64,000 nt of DNA, from the NCBI GenBank assembly GCA_022813865.1, contig JALDZX010000001.1, positions 372,001-436,000 of the forward strand, in the 5' to 3' direction. Under the pieces are notes generated by a model, which did no database searches, had not been told where the DNA came from, and saw only the letters and a list, made by a program, of their open reading frames with translations. Below, piece after piece: positions 1 to 12,348 of this stretch (its first letter is position 1; the number at the start of each line of letters is the position of its first letter). The translations under genes and the position numbers were made by a program. Origin of the DNA: Xylographa opegraphella (Eukaryota).

Positions 1-1
1 G

Positions 2-1398
2 TCTTCCGCACCTGCTACAGGACGAGGGCAGAAACGTGGGAGAGATAACGAAATCGAAAAGGTTGGTAGCCTCAACTTTTCTTCATTGACTTCATCCCCT
101 TTGTCAGAAATATCCTCCAGTGATGGTTCAACCTTCTCTCTTGAGCCAAATGAGGCACCAACATCCACTGCACTCCCCAACACTCACCCCTCTGGCACAA
201 CGTCGCGTCCCCACTATCAAAACATAGGTAAATATCAAACCCGCAGTCGATGGATTCCAGGGATTTCCGACCTGTCCAAAACTGCAGAAGACATGTATCC
301 CGGGAAATACGAGTATGAGAAAACAAATCGCGAGATTGAAATTCACGACAACGGACGGATCACTACCATGCCCAAGGATCTCAGTTTTCGCGAAATTGAC
401 TACCCCGAACGGAAAGTCCACAAGCGTGTGGTGCACCCAGCATTGAAACGATCCGCGTACAACGCAGCCAAATCGGAGTTCTTCATGTGCCAAGATCCAA
501 AGCTCAGACTCATGATTGCTGGTGTCCCGCCGGAAGATCCTCTCCATCCTTTGCATTACTTGGATATCTCGGACCCTTCCGGCTCCTTGGACGTTACCGC
601 GGCTCATCTTTCCTTACCGTCACCTCCTAACGAAACAGAAGAGAACACGGATGAAACTTCAGTTGGCCATGATACTCAAGATGCTCAAGATTCTAACGAT
701 ACTACCTTCCAGGAAGAGTCATTTTATTCCCGCCCACATATTCGGATCCCATGTCCAGACAATCTGAAATCGCTCCTCGTCGACGACTGGGAGAACGTCA
801 CGAAGAACCTTCTCCTCGTCCCTTTGCCCTCGAAGACCCCGGTCACTCTCATCCTCGACACCTACTTCGATGAAGAGAAAGGTAAGAGACGTCTTGGCTC
901 CGCAGAGGCCGATTTGCTTGAAGAGGTGGTTGCAGGCGTGAAGGAGTATTTCGACAAGTGCTTGGGGCGGATACTACTCTACAGGTTTGAGCGAGAGCAG
1001 TTCTTCGAGGTCAGGAGTCTCTGGGAGAGCGCCGTGGGCGGAGAATGGGAAGGCAAAGGGCCCGGCGATGTCTACGGCGCAGAGCATCTGGCTAGATTGT
1101 TTGGTAAGTCGCCTCACCTTTGCTTGCACCTGCACCACCGTCCTATCCTCTCCGCACGCCCTTCACCCTCGACAAGTCCTGCCCAACACTACAACACGTA
1201 TCAGCTAATCTCCACCGGCCTCCAGTCTCCATGCCCGAGCTCATCGCCCAAACCAACATGGACCACCAAGCCGTCAACCGCCTGCGCGAAGAACTGGCCA
1301 AGCTGACGCAGTGGCTGGGCAAGAACGCGAGCAAGTACTTCACCGCCGAGTACGAGTCCGCCACGCAGGAGTACATCGAGAAGGCGAGGGGCGTCTAG
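2..1398 (+). CDS. EAF3: MRG-domain chromatin modification protein (NuA4/Rpd3S subunit), 5'-truncated by window edge; introns ~62-712 and 1104-1225
   Basis: MRG motifs PDNLKSLLVDDWENVTK, YFDKCLGRILLYRFER, YGAEHLARLF and (after splicing) VSMPELIAQTNMD; upstream exon reads GRGQKRGRDNEIEK; intron GTAAGT(1104)..CTAAT..CAG(1225); stop TAG 1396-1398. Confidence 0.93.
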
Positions 1399-1799
1399 GC
1401 CCCGTTCTGCTCCGCAACCTTCCTATTCCTGCTTGACAGACGTGGCTCGAAATCAGGAACAGGCATCCCGAAAGACTTTGGATCGTGGGTTGCGAGTGGA
1501 GCTGTTATGAAGGAGGGGGAGGCATAACGTGGAAATAATATTGTTATACATTCCTCCACTCAGATCGTGGATCCGTGATTCACTTGACAGACGCATCGAG
1601 ATGTCGCATAGCAACAGTTAGACTAGTATATCTAGGTGTACCCTCGCTCGAAGCGACTTGGTTACAGGATCATAATACGCACGGTTCTACACATGGCCCT
1701 ACCCAGAAACCTACCACCGTGAAACAATTGTATACTCAGTCTAGACCCGCACGTACAACCCACCCGCCGAAACCCCCTCCTCTCCACAACCCCGCGCCT

Positions 1800-4108
1800 T
1801 CACAACCCCCTCACCCAAGCCCTCACATCTTCGACCGCCACCCGCCCCGCCCTCTTAACCCACCCCCTCTCGTCCCCCTCCCGAAACGCCACCCAGCTCT
1901 CCAAGCCCATGCCCTCCCCACCAGGCAACACCAACCCCTCATACCCCCCTCGAATGACCCTACTCACCTCCCTCGGGCTCAAATCCTTACCCACGCGACC
2001 CTTCCCCCTCTCCGTCTGCAACAGCCCATGATAATGCGCCGCGACGTGCCGCAGCACCTGGACGGGCGAGTCCTCCGCTAGCGCGTACGCGGCCTGCAGC
2101 TTATCCAGCGTGGCGCTGTTCTCGACGAGCTTGTACACCAGGTCATCGTACGCGGCCGCGTCCGGCAGGAAGGCGCTGCCGCTGAGGAGCGCGAGGGCCA
2201 GCACACGCAGCAGCGGCGTGAGGAGGGCGTGCGGGTCACCCGACTGGGCGACCAGGTCGGCAGCGTAGGTGGCGAGGAAGCGCAGCAGGGAGAGCAGGGC
2301 TTGCCACAGCACGGGCCAGTGGTACGCCAGCGGGATGCGGTTCTGCGCCAGGCAACAGAAGAGGCGGTGCACGAGCGCAAGGCTGGCGGCGTAGAAGTCC
2401 GTGTCGAGGCGGCGGCGCAGGTTGTGCGTGATCGCGTCGGCGGCGAGGTCGAGGATGTGGGCGGCTGGAGGGCGGGGGTGCGGGGTCGGAGGGAGCAATG
2501 GAGGGCGTTGGTGGCAGAGGCGAACGGAGAGAAGCGGCGTGGGCTGGCAGAGCCGTTTGCAGAGGAGGACGTCTTCGAGGAGGATGCGGAGCGTGGTGAG
2601 TGCTAGGAGGGCGTAGAGCGAAGCGCGAGTGGAGCGGGAAGCGTGATGTAAGATGTAGGAGGTTAGGGAGAGGAAGACGCTGAAGGGGGTCTCGGGCGAG
2701 GAGGTGGTGGTGTGCGTGATGAGGCTGTAGCAGAAGAGCTTGTTCGCGAGGGCGAAGTCATAGGTGGAAAGCAAGATGGCTGCTTCGGGACCTGGGCTGG
2801 ACGGGTGTTAGCTTGGGTATCGTGGGAAGGCTGGGGGTGGAGTGCGAACAGGGCAGCAAATTTCTCTTTGTCGTCGTCGGCTGTAGCAGCCGGAGCGATG
2901 GCTTTAATGGGAGCCAGTACTCCGAGACCTATGTAGGTCAACGTGCTGCTAAGATTCCAGCCTTCCGGGACGTCTTCGACAACAGAGGCGTATCTGTTCC
3001 TGGACTGGGAAAGTGTGAGCCCGAGGCCGCTGACTATTGTTTGAATGGTAGCTTCGTTAACGAAATCTTCAAGTCTTAGCCGGTATGGATTGCGGTATTC
3101 GAACTTGTTGTAGTTCACCAGGAGCCCAAGTAGGAGGAAGGGCTCGAATGGTTGGCTATTGTTGTCTGAGTCTTGCACGTACTGGGATCTTGTTATTATA
3201 TAGTGGAAGGACCTAATGAAAAGAACATTGACGAAGTCCCGAGGCAGACATGCTATATGAAGCGATTTTCAGAGAGATATGGTCCCTGCATGAAATCCCT
3301 GCTTTGATGACTGGTGATTTGAAGGAAAATAAAGAGTCTTACCTTCATCAAGGACGGGAACAGATCGCGATGCGTAAAATAGGAGACAAGACTCGTCTGA
3401 TATGCACCTGAAGTAAGAGAAAGCGCGGCCTCTATAGATTTCTTACGGACGTCCTCTAAAAGTACGTCAGCTTATATACACATCCAGGGCAACCACACAC
3501 ATACTCGTCCGTCCTGTACGAATGGTCGTTTCGACCGCATTGGCGAAATCAGAGAACACAGCATCGACTTCGTCCAAGCCCGCGAGAACGGTAATTATAT
3601 CCGAGCTTGGATTCGTATAACGTTTCGAAAGTACACCAGCAAGAAAGACTGTCAGAGTCTGATAAGTAAGTTTCAAATATGAAGGCATTAGCAAACCCGC
3701 GGTTGCTTACTTCAAGAGCCACTTCATCTGCAGGTGCCCTCCCAGATTTGATATGACGGACAGCATGGAGGAAAAGTTGTTGTGTTTCATACTGTATATC
3801 ATTAAAAGCTGTGAAGCACAGAGGATTCCAATCACATATCGAAAAGTAAGACGTACTTGAAAGTGAAGGAGATCATCTGCGCTGACAGCTTCCAGCCGGC
3901 GTTGAAGACTTGGTTTGTCTGGACGCAGGAGAAAGAATTCGTTCCAGAATCCTTCCGAATGCGAATGATCATCCTCGTCCTGGACATCTTAGTCACATCA
4001 AGAGAGTCGAATACAAGCTATACATACTACGAATAGCTCTTCATATAGTTGAGATATTTTTGGTTGAAAAGAAGGACGTGCCTGCTGGACAAGGGGTGAA
4101 ATCTCCAT
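1800..4108 (-). CDS. ARMH3/C10orf76-like (DUF1741) armadillo-like helical protein, ~7 exons
   Basis: Exon 1 MEISPLVQQARPSFQPKISQLYEELF; internal motifs TLTVFLAGVLSKRYTNPSSDIITVLAGLDEVD, LLGLLVNYNKFEYRNPY, LAYHWPVLWQALLSLL, YDDLVYKLVE; canonical GT-AG introns join ORF pieces 3467-3694, 2663-3178 and 1800-2774. Confidence 0.82.
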
Positions 4109-4458
4109 TCCTCATATTTCAGATGTAATTATTAAAGCACTAATTCCACAACTGCTAGCAAAGCTCCGAGCCGTCTCCTACTTTTCAATCTGTCTTGACC
4201 GGAGTATTAACAAACTCGGCTCATTCAGCCTTAAGATAGCCGGCAGGAATAAGAATCTAGCCATATATGGTTTAGAGCGTATGATCGCAATCAAATGTCC
4301 TGTGATTGGCTTAAACCAATCCAACGTTTGTTTCCCGTCTTTCCGCTGATCTCATATTCGACATACCCTTCACTTTGATCGATGTGTGTCTCATGAGTCT
4401 TTGTCTTCATTATTATTCTATGTCTACCACTGACTAAGACCCTCTATCGTCCTCCAGA

Positions 4459-5271
4459 ATGTCCTATCAGCGTTGTATAGCGCCTGTGAGCTCATCCGGC
4501 GCCCTCGCCAGATTTGCCTCCTCACTTTCAAGACATCCGCAGTCGTGCCCACATGCGAGTCGCCATTTCACATCATCTATGAGCATTCGACTGTCATCCA
4601 AACGCAAGTTAGTGACAGCGTCGGCATATCATCCGAAAACACTCGACTCAACGGACCTACCACCACGGAATACTGGCATTCCGGACAGCTCAATAGCTGG
4701 TGGGATTCCTCAAGTCAACGACATCAGACCTCCACAGGTACCAGTCGAGTACAGGCAATACAAGGATATACCGAACGACGAAAAGCCTCGCGTCAGTGTC
4801 ACAGAGGGCGAAGCTCAGAAGCCGAAGCCAATTGCAGAAACCTCAACCTCATCAGCTATGCCGAAGTCAAAGCGTCCAAAGCTTCGCGCCAGGAAAGCAG
4901 CGATGAATCTTACTCCAACGGCCATAAGCCATCTTCGTGAGTTATTGGAGCAACCAGAACCAAAACTCATCCGGGTCGGTGTGAAGAATAGGGGGTGTTC
5001 GGGATTGGCATATCACCTGGAATACGTCGAAAAGCCTGGAACATTTGACGAGACAGTAGAGCAAGATGGAGTGAAGGTCCTCATCGATAGCAAGGCCCTG
5101 TTCAGCATTATAGGTAGCGAAATGGATTGGGTAGAGGACAAATTGAACCAACGGTTTGTGTTCAGAAATCCAAACATAAGTGAGTACTATACTATTTGCC
5201 ACGGATACTGGAACGTCACTAACATCGGAACAGAGGAACAGTGTGGCTGTGGAGAGTCTTTCATGGTTTGA
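4459..5271 (+). CDS. ISA1: Mitochondrial A-type Fe-S cluster assembly protein; 54-nt intron 5180-5233
   Basis: IRVGVKNRGCSGLAYHLEY, IDSKALFSIIGSEMDW and, after splicing, NPNIKEQCGCGESF (the three conserved Cys of HesB/IscA family); Arg/Ser-rich presequence-like N-terminus. Confidence 0.95.
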   Translation: MSYQRCIAPVSSSGALARFASSLSRHPQSCPHASRHFTSSMSIRLSSKRKLVTASAYHPKTLDSTDLPPRNTGIPDSSIAGGIPQVNDIRPPQVPVEYRQYKDIPNDEKPRVSVTEGEAQKPKPIAETSTSSAMPKSKRPKLRARKAAMNLTPTAISHLRELLEQPEPKLIRVGVKNRGCSGLAYHLEYVEKPGTFDETVEQDGVKVLIDSKALFSIIGSEMDWVEDKLNQRFVFRNPNISEYYTICHGYWNVTNIGTEEQCGCGESFMV

Positions 5272-5404
5272 TGCAATTGTTTCAAAGGCATTGGGTCGGT
5301 TCTATTAGCGGCATTGCATGGGCGTTCACGATCAGTGATGGCACCAGGAAACCTTTGGTAAATAGGTCAACAATGAGATTCATGTCTAATGCGCATAGAT
5401 ATTT

Positions 5405-5903
5405 TCAGAAGACGTCCGGTTCATAGTCTACTATTCTCGCCTTTTGTATAATTCCATCGAGACTCTTGACAAAAGCTAAATGTGCTGGATCCTTCTCAAG
5501 GTAGTACTCTCTGTCCTGCTCGTTTTCGAAATACACCACGAACCCGTGAGAGAATCCACCCTAAAGGATGGTAGTCAGAGCGTACTCTTTCCTTCAATAC
5601 TGCTGAATTGGGACAACCACCTGCTGGCCTTCTGGGCTATTATCGCGACCTCCGGATGATGATCGGACATATGGTTTTTTGGTCTCAGGGTGGATGCATT
5701 CTTTTTTTAGGTTGAGCATCCTTTTGCAGACCTGTCATGTCCGTTAGATGATCTGCCAGACACTGGAAAAAATACGCCACACATCATTGATTGTTGCCAA
5801 AGGCACATTTGGCCTGAACTGGAAATCTGTTAGCCCATTTTTCAAAATTCGTGGCAAATTATCAAATTGATACCTCAAAAAGGACAATATGTACAATAGT
5901 CAT
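5405..5903 (-). CDS. Stress-responsive A/B barrel (Dabb) domain protein, 4 short exons; not in ORF track
   Basis: Manual splice gives MTIVHIVLFE|FRPNVPLATIND|VCKRMLNLKKECIHPETKKPYVRSSSGGRDNSPEGQQ|GGFSHGFVVYFENEQDREYYLEKDPAHLAFVKSLDGIIQKARIVDYEPDVF*; each intron has GT, CTAAC/CTGAC and YAG. Confidence 0.88.
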
Positions 5904-6152
5904 TGTTACTTTCGTACCTTACAACACTACCTTGAGAAAATTAGTGTCGTGTGCGCGATTCAAGGACTTCGTTCGCCCAGATCTTAAACGGTTTGTACAT
6001 GCTTAATATGATCGTTTTTGCTGACCTCGCATGTGCAATCACGAAATGACGTCGGTTGTGTAAACACTCTAATACTCTGTCAGATGAGTGGCGTGTATAG
6101 CCAGTTGTACCCTATTGTTCATTGATTATCTATCGCACCTCCAATAGGCACA

Positions 6153-7016
6153 ATGAACTCTACGACCGCGGAATCTCCGCTCAAGCTAATTGTTCGCTTT
6201 CCATCCTCTCTTCCTGATCTCCCCTTGACCGTCGCATCGCCTTCGACCAAAACTGCCCTCAATCTCAATCTCCTTATACGTCCCCATCTTCCACCGACGC
6301 TCTCTGCTTCGCGCCTTCGTCTCATCCACTCCGGCGCTGTTCTTCCACCTACCACTCCTCTTGCGACATCGCTCCGCCTTCCTACCATTCCCCCACCTCC
6401 ACCACGAACCGTCAAAGGCAAAGCACCAGTCTATTTACCACCGTCGCAAACACTATACATCCATTGCTCGCTTTCAGACGCCCTATCACCTGCAGAACTT
6501 GAAGCGGAGGCCGTCAAAGCAAACTCTCTGCGCAAATCGCCTTCGCCCGTACCGTTCACTCAAGATGTCGGTTCCTCCATACCTTCTCCATCACAACAGT
6601 CGACAAGCACAAGTCCCGCCCCCCTCGGTTTCGATCGTCTCCTATCGGCAGGACTCACCCCCGCAGAAATTGGGGCACTCCGCTCCCAGTTCCTCGCTAT
6701 CCAAGCACACACCCATACACCAGATACGATGCCCTCGGCTGCAGAAATGCGTATTCTCGAGGACAGGTGGATTGATAACACCTCTACAGCAGCTACGGGT
6801 CCATTAGATGGGGCTGGAGGCTTCGTAGACGAGGAAGGAGGGGCAGGAGGTCTGGATGATATCCTTTGGGGAAATGTGATGGGGTTCTTTTGGCCTGTGG
6901 GGGCAGTGGTGTGGGGATTCAGGGAGGAAGGAGTATGGAGCAAACGGAGGCAGATTGCAGTATTGACGGGGCTGCTGGTCAATGTAGCATTCAGCGTGCT
7001 GAAGTTCGTGGGCTGA
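6153..7016 (+). CDS. DSC3: DSC E3 ligase complex subunit 3-like (N-terminal ubiquitin-like domain, C-terminal TM segments)
   Basis: LIVRFPSSLPDLPL...RLRLIHSG...YIHCSL ubiquitin-like part, PLGFDRLLSAG, LRSQF, LEDRWID, GFFWPVGAVVW, WSKRRQIAV. Confidence 0.85.
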   Translation: MNSTTAESPLKLIVRFPSSLPDLPLTVASPSTKTALNLNLLIRPHLPPTLSASRLRLIHSGAVLPPTTPLATSLRLPTIPPPPPRTVKGKAPVYLPPSQTLYIHCSLSDALSPAELEAEAVKANSLRKSPSPVPFTQDVGSSIPSPSQQSTSTSPAPLGFDRLLSAGLTPAEIGALRSQFLAIQAHTHTPDTMPSAAEMRILEDRWIDNTSTAATGPLDGAGGFVDEEGGAGGLDDILWGNVMGFFWPVGAVVWGFREEGVWSKRRQIAVLTGLLVNVAFSVLKFVG

Positions 7017-7688
7017 ACGCTACAATGAGCAGGAGGAACGTTGGGAAAGCAGCATGCCGTGGCACTTCTTATTAAATCAGCGGGATGACAGCACAGCGAT
7101 GGCGTTTGGCCGGATGAAGATACCCTATTCATGAGACTCGAGCTACAGGAGTTCTTAGGCAATTTTCTCCTTTCGAACAAAATGCTTGCGTCTTCTACGG
7201 ACACGCCAGACGCATCTTACCTGCTTGTTCGCACGCCTACCTGAGGAACCAGTGTTTTCTAGGTTATTACCGAGCCAGCCACCGTAGAGAATTAGGTACC
7301 TAGACAGGCTCGACAGGCACAATTCAGAACGAACAGGGATGAAAGATAGCGTAAAATCTTGGTCGTATCGATTGGTTATCGTGAACCCAGCCTCCTCAGG
7401 TCAGGAACCTCGCTGTCACTTCACCACCTTATATCCTTTACCATTGACTTCTTTCTGTAACAGTAGAACACTCTGGAAAGTTTGTGTCTTGTTGGAGTCA
7501 TACGCGTTGCAGGTGACAGATCTGTGCAAGACAACTCCGGATCACCGTGGCAGAACTTACTATCAATAAACAACTCTGCGTCCTTGACACGCCCTTTACC
7601 CCTCAGTCGAGGTTGCGCGCAAGTGCACGTTATCGTTGTTGCTTAGAATTGAAGTGCTGTTCGACACACATTGATATGCGCAAACACG

Positions 7689-9488
7689 ATGGCCGCAAAC
7701 CGCGCTGAATCCTCCGATGACCTCTATGAATCGCATCCTTCACTGTCGGCCTCTTTGGAGGACTTCGAGAACAACGAAGTGCCTTCCCCCACCTTCCAGC
7801 TTCCCTCACATCGTTCCGGTTTCAAATCGGACGAGTCAGAAGTCGACCCAGCCTCGAATTCAGAAGGACCATGGTCTCCTCCAGCTTGGAAGAGAGCAGA
7901 CGCTAGCAGTGGGTGGTATCGACATCAACCATATCTGAAAGGCAGTGGTAATCCAAGATTTTCGGCCAGCGCATCCAGGTCCCGCGAAACAAGTCCGCAA
8001 TACGAAAGCGTCGCAGAGGACAAAGAAGACTTAACAATGCCTGCAAATATTCCATTACCCAGAGGTTCTCTTTCTCCTGTGAAAGAGAGATCTCCCAGTC
8101 CACCACCAATAACTGAGAACAAGGAAAAGGACTTCGGGCAAACATTCGAGGAACTCAAGGTGGAGCCTGCTAGTCCAGAGAATCAGAGCAATTGTACGGA
8201 AATACCCGATTTCGTATTTTTGTCTATATACTGACACGGTCAAGATATCCGTTTCGCGTTACGTGCGGAAGTACAACAGCGGACTGACTCTTTCGAATTG
8301 GCCATATCGTCATTACGCAAGCTCCTCGACAATATGGCACATGCTAGGGTTTCTTTCTCGGTCCTCATCACGACTATTCTATCAGGCATCTTTCTTATGT
8401 CCATGGGGCGCTTCTTACTTCAACCACCACCAGGTCGGCCAGTGCCTGATTTAGTCAAGGTGGCAGGCCTTGCGAGTTCGTTTGAGCCTCTTCTCATATA
8501 CTCCGAAAACGGCATGCAGCAAATCAACAATATACAACAAACCAGTGTCGCGCTCTGGGACCTAGGTGAAACTGTACGCATAGCGAACTTAACTTCAGCA
8601 CCATCGATGTCCAGAGAACTTGATGGACTTAGTGATTCTCTCAATAAGCTCGTCACAGAGCTCACAAGGTTTTTTGCAAACGTCGACGGTGATATTGACG
8701 CTATCCTTATTGTTATGGACTGGGCCCACCGCGAACTAGCAGCAATACCCCCGGAGTCCACCAATTCTCTCTCGACTGTCTTTGTAATTGCGCATAATCT
8801 CTTCTCCCGGATCGGTCTCCTGGAGGATCGTACCGGTAAACCTACCGCAATTGGCACCATTGTTACCGAGCTGTTTGGTAGGACACATACTCAACAGACA
8901 CGATACACCCTTCAGCGCACTTTTGTCGAATTCATAGGTGTTTTGGAGCTGAGTGTGGACTCGGAACTATCATACTCCAATAATCTCTTCTCCCTCTTCA
9001 ACACTATCGACACCCACTTCGACAATATCCAACGCAGTACAGCCCGCGCTTCAGATGATGAGGCACGATCGGAAAGTGATTTCTTCTCCTCACTCTGGTC
9101 ACGCGTTCTAGGACCCAATGCTGCACGACTGCGCAAATATGAGAAGAACAGGGTCATCCTTCACAATGTCCGCGCCAAGACGGTATTGAATAAGAACATG
9201 CTTGTGGAACACAATCACCGGTTGATGGCACTGAAGCAGAATCTAGAGGCGCTGAGGAGGATCCTCTTCAGTCCCCTGGTTCAAGGGGCCCAGGGCAGTA
9301 CGGCAAGCGTTGAGGAGCAGATTATGAGGCTGGATGGGACATATCAGCACATGAAGCAAGTAAGGGAAGATCAGAAGAAGCGAGTATTTGAAGGGCTTTT
9401 CGGCCCACGGCCGTGGAATCGTTACGGACCACTGCTGGGCGAGGAGATCGACGAAGGGGCGGAGAGGCAGCCGGCCATTGACGGTTGA
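7689..9488 (+). CDS. Hypothetical protein: disordered Ser/Pro-rich N-terminus, one TM helix, long helical/coiled-coil C-terminus; intron 8194-8244
   Basis: Same-frame ORFs 7671-8234 and 8298-9488 joined by a 51-nt GTACGG..CTGAC..AAG intron giving NYIRFALRAEVQQRT; hydrophobic SVLITTILSGIFLMSMG. Confidence 0.75.
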
Positions 9489-11445
9489 AAGATGAATGTT
9501 TGGATCGATCTACATGATTGTATGGCCGTTTTGTATTCTTAGCACTGGAAGGCGCTTGTGGAAAATTTCTTGGAAGTAGGAGACATGCAGGCGGTGTTTT
9601 TCAGGTTCGGATTTGGATACGTTCTGATTAGTTGTGCTGCCTGTATCATATGGAAACATTGACTTATTGGATCTTGCACGCAAGTCTTCTGGAAGCCCAT
9701 TTTCTCACCCATTATTTCCTCTTCGTTGTAGCAGAGAGATCTCGAGTACCATACTCGGTTGGGTCGAAAAAGTAGATCATTCGATCATGGCTTGTCACAT
9801 GCATCCATCTTTACATAGATCTTGCAGGAGTGTATAATAAAGAGACGCCTCAAGTTGTCAGGCATGTAAGCTTCGTCAATTATTCTCATTCTCAAGTGAA
9901 TTGACCTTCTTTCCTTCATCCTCGAATCATTTCCCGCACTTGCCCGTGTCAAGGAACATTCGTCTCTCACGGCCGACAAGAAGTCTGCTTCTAACTTTCA
10001 ATGATGTTTTCCAGTCATTCCGTTTGGTTTAAAAATACCAACACTTCAGCCGCTGCGCCCAGCAGCCACTGCTTGAAAGAGCTCAGTACAAGGCTAGTTA
10101 CTCACGTCTTGATGCTGGGTGAGGAAACTGCGGACAATGTCAAGGTCGTAGTACCAACTAACACCTCTGAATCCAAGGCAGCAGATTGGATCCGCGCCTT
10201 ATCCTTTGGCTCTGCCGTCATGAATGCCCCAGCGAAGCCGCTCGGGTAGCACGTCATCCTCGACCATGCCATGAGATCTTGGAATTTCTCTTCTAATAGA
10301 CGCTCCAGGCTTTCCGCTTTTGTCCATACCACCTTTTATAGGTTTTTACAGCAAGAATTACCTTGGCATGTCTTTACCTAAGGTCAACTCTTCCACCAGT
10401 GGCAAGGCATTCGATATGGGAAGTAGCTCGGGTATTGGTGGCTACGACATCACTATTGCCAAAATTGCCCGTTTCAGACTCACGACTTCCTTTCCCCAGG
10501 GCGTCCCTTAGGTCCAGAGACTCGATGTTGATAAGGTCTTCAATCACAACAATACTAGCGTGGTCGACAATATCTCCGTAGAGCTCGACGCGAGTAAGTA
10601 TATCGACATCTCTTGGATACCGGTTCAAGTGGCCTCGGTTCGTCTGGGTACTCGTCGTTCGGAGTGAAAGCTGTTCGCTGCAAATACTGTCCCGCCATCA
10701 ACTCTGCAACCGTGGTGGAACTTTCTACCGGATTTGATGTTAGAGTCCGTTGGAAAGCCGCGTTGAACCAGAGGTCGTGACGACAGTGGATCAGAAGGAT
10801 ATTCAGGAAAGCTTGGGTTAATCTTTGGAAATGCATTGCTTCGAAGATGATCGTCATAGAAGTAAGAACGAGGCTCCATTTTTCAATTGGGTATACTTTC
10901 CTTCAGTCATGGAGGAGACGTGTATGGTCAAGGATTACAGACTATTCTAGACATTACGAATATGTAGATAACGGAGGGAGTACTCTTGTGTCAAGAGATT
11001 TAAATCAGCTGATGAAAAATGATAACTTGAGTTTGAAACATGAGCGTATGCAATAATATAAGCTCTAAACTAGCGTTTTATCTCTTATAACCTATTTTCA
11101 TACCATAAGCCAGCTTGATGCTAAGTGGCCGGCTGTTCTTCTTTTCGTGTAAACTACAGCACGTAGTAGAGTCCTGGTGAGTATTTCATTGCAGTTGAGA
11201 TCGAGGTAGATCATCAAGGAAAGCCTCTGAAGTGTGTTGATAGTGGCAGCATCCGAAAATGCCCTGAGTGATAGGAGCAACGACCAATCAAAGGTGTGCC
11301 GGACAATGTACATCATTCGTCACAGCAATCTACCTAGCCGAGCGTAGACGGGCTAACTATCTTCCGTACTTCAAGTAACCCAGTCATCAAAGCACCTATA
11401 CAGATCTCTAGATTTATCGGTGCTGTTCCCGGGCAGTTGAGCACA

Positions 11446-12348
11446 ATGCCTGCCAGGATATCTCAGTTTTTGCTTCCTCGTGGCGAAGTATATGCAAGAT
11501 CGAGCAATTTAGCTTCTGCTCAAATACGATCTCGACCTCCACCGCAACAAAGACTGTGCAAGTATGCCTCAACTGCGTCTTCTCCACCTAAGCCGAGAGT
11601 TCTGGAGAAGCCCGCAAAGTTCAACCCACCCTCTCATCCTGCGCGACGAAATCGTCCTCCGCCGCGACAATTCCCAGGCCCGCCGCTTTCGGAGTCTGAG
11701 GTGGATGCACAAAGGACTAAGCAATATCCGAATATGTTGCCACCAGAAGGCAGCTTTATGAGATGGTTCCTTACGAGTCGATCAATTCATATATGGATTA
11801 CACTGGTTAGTCTTTTACAACCTGCCCTGCTATAAGTTTTGCGAGGCTTTTATACTGAGCTCAAATGTGTATCTAATAAATAATGATTCTAGTCTACCCT
11901 AAGCTCTCTTGCACTCTTCACGTTCACCACCAATTTCCGGCAGACTTCGCCGTATGCAAATCTGCTCCCGCCTTCCAACGCCTTTTTCTCTCATCCTCTC
12001 GATTTCTTAGCGCAATACATAGAAGTTTATAAGATGCATACTGCACATATCAGCGCCGTTACAGCAGAGCGGCGCAAGAAGAAGGTCGAGGATGTGCAGA
12101 AGCGAGCACAATACCGCAAGGCACATGGTCTGGATCAAGGTGAAGGCTTGGGCCAGTGGACGGCCAAGGCTGATGAAGAGATGTTGGGGCCATCACTGAA
12201 AACGGATCGGGCCGTTGAAGTGGACCCGAGCGCCGGAAGCGGAACAGGGCTAGGTAAAGCCGAAGATACGAAATTAGCGCAAGACAATGTATTTGTTGAC
12301 TGGGAAGGAAGGAAACTGCCAATTAAGAAGTGGTTTGGTATATGGTAG
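11446..12348 (+). CDS. Hypothetical, probably mitochondrial membrane protein; intron 11806-11892
   Basis: Presequence-like N-terminus, LEKPAKFNPPSHPAR, YPNMLPPEGSFMRWFLT; splice GTTAGT..CTAAT..TAG continues in frame to ERRKKKVEDVQKRAQYRKAHGL...KKWFGIW*. Confidence 0.75.

Noticed and set aside
5180..5233. ISA1 intron is in frame and stop-free, like the EAF3 intron
   Set aside because: Only 18 codons, easily stop-free by chance; retention would disrupt the conserved NPN..CGC spacing
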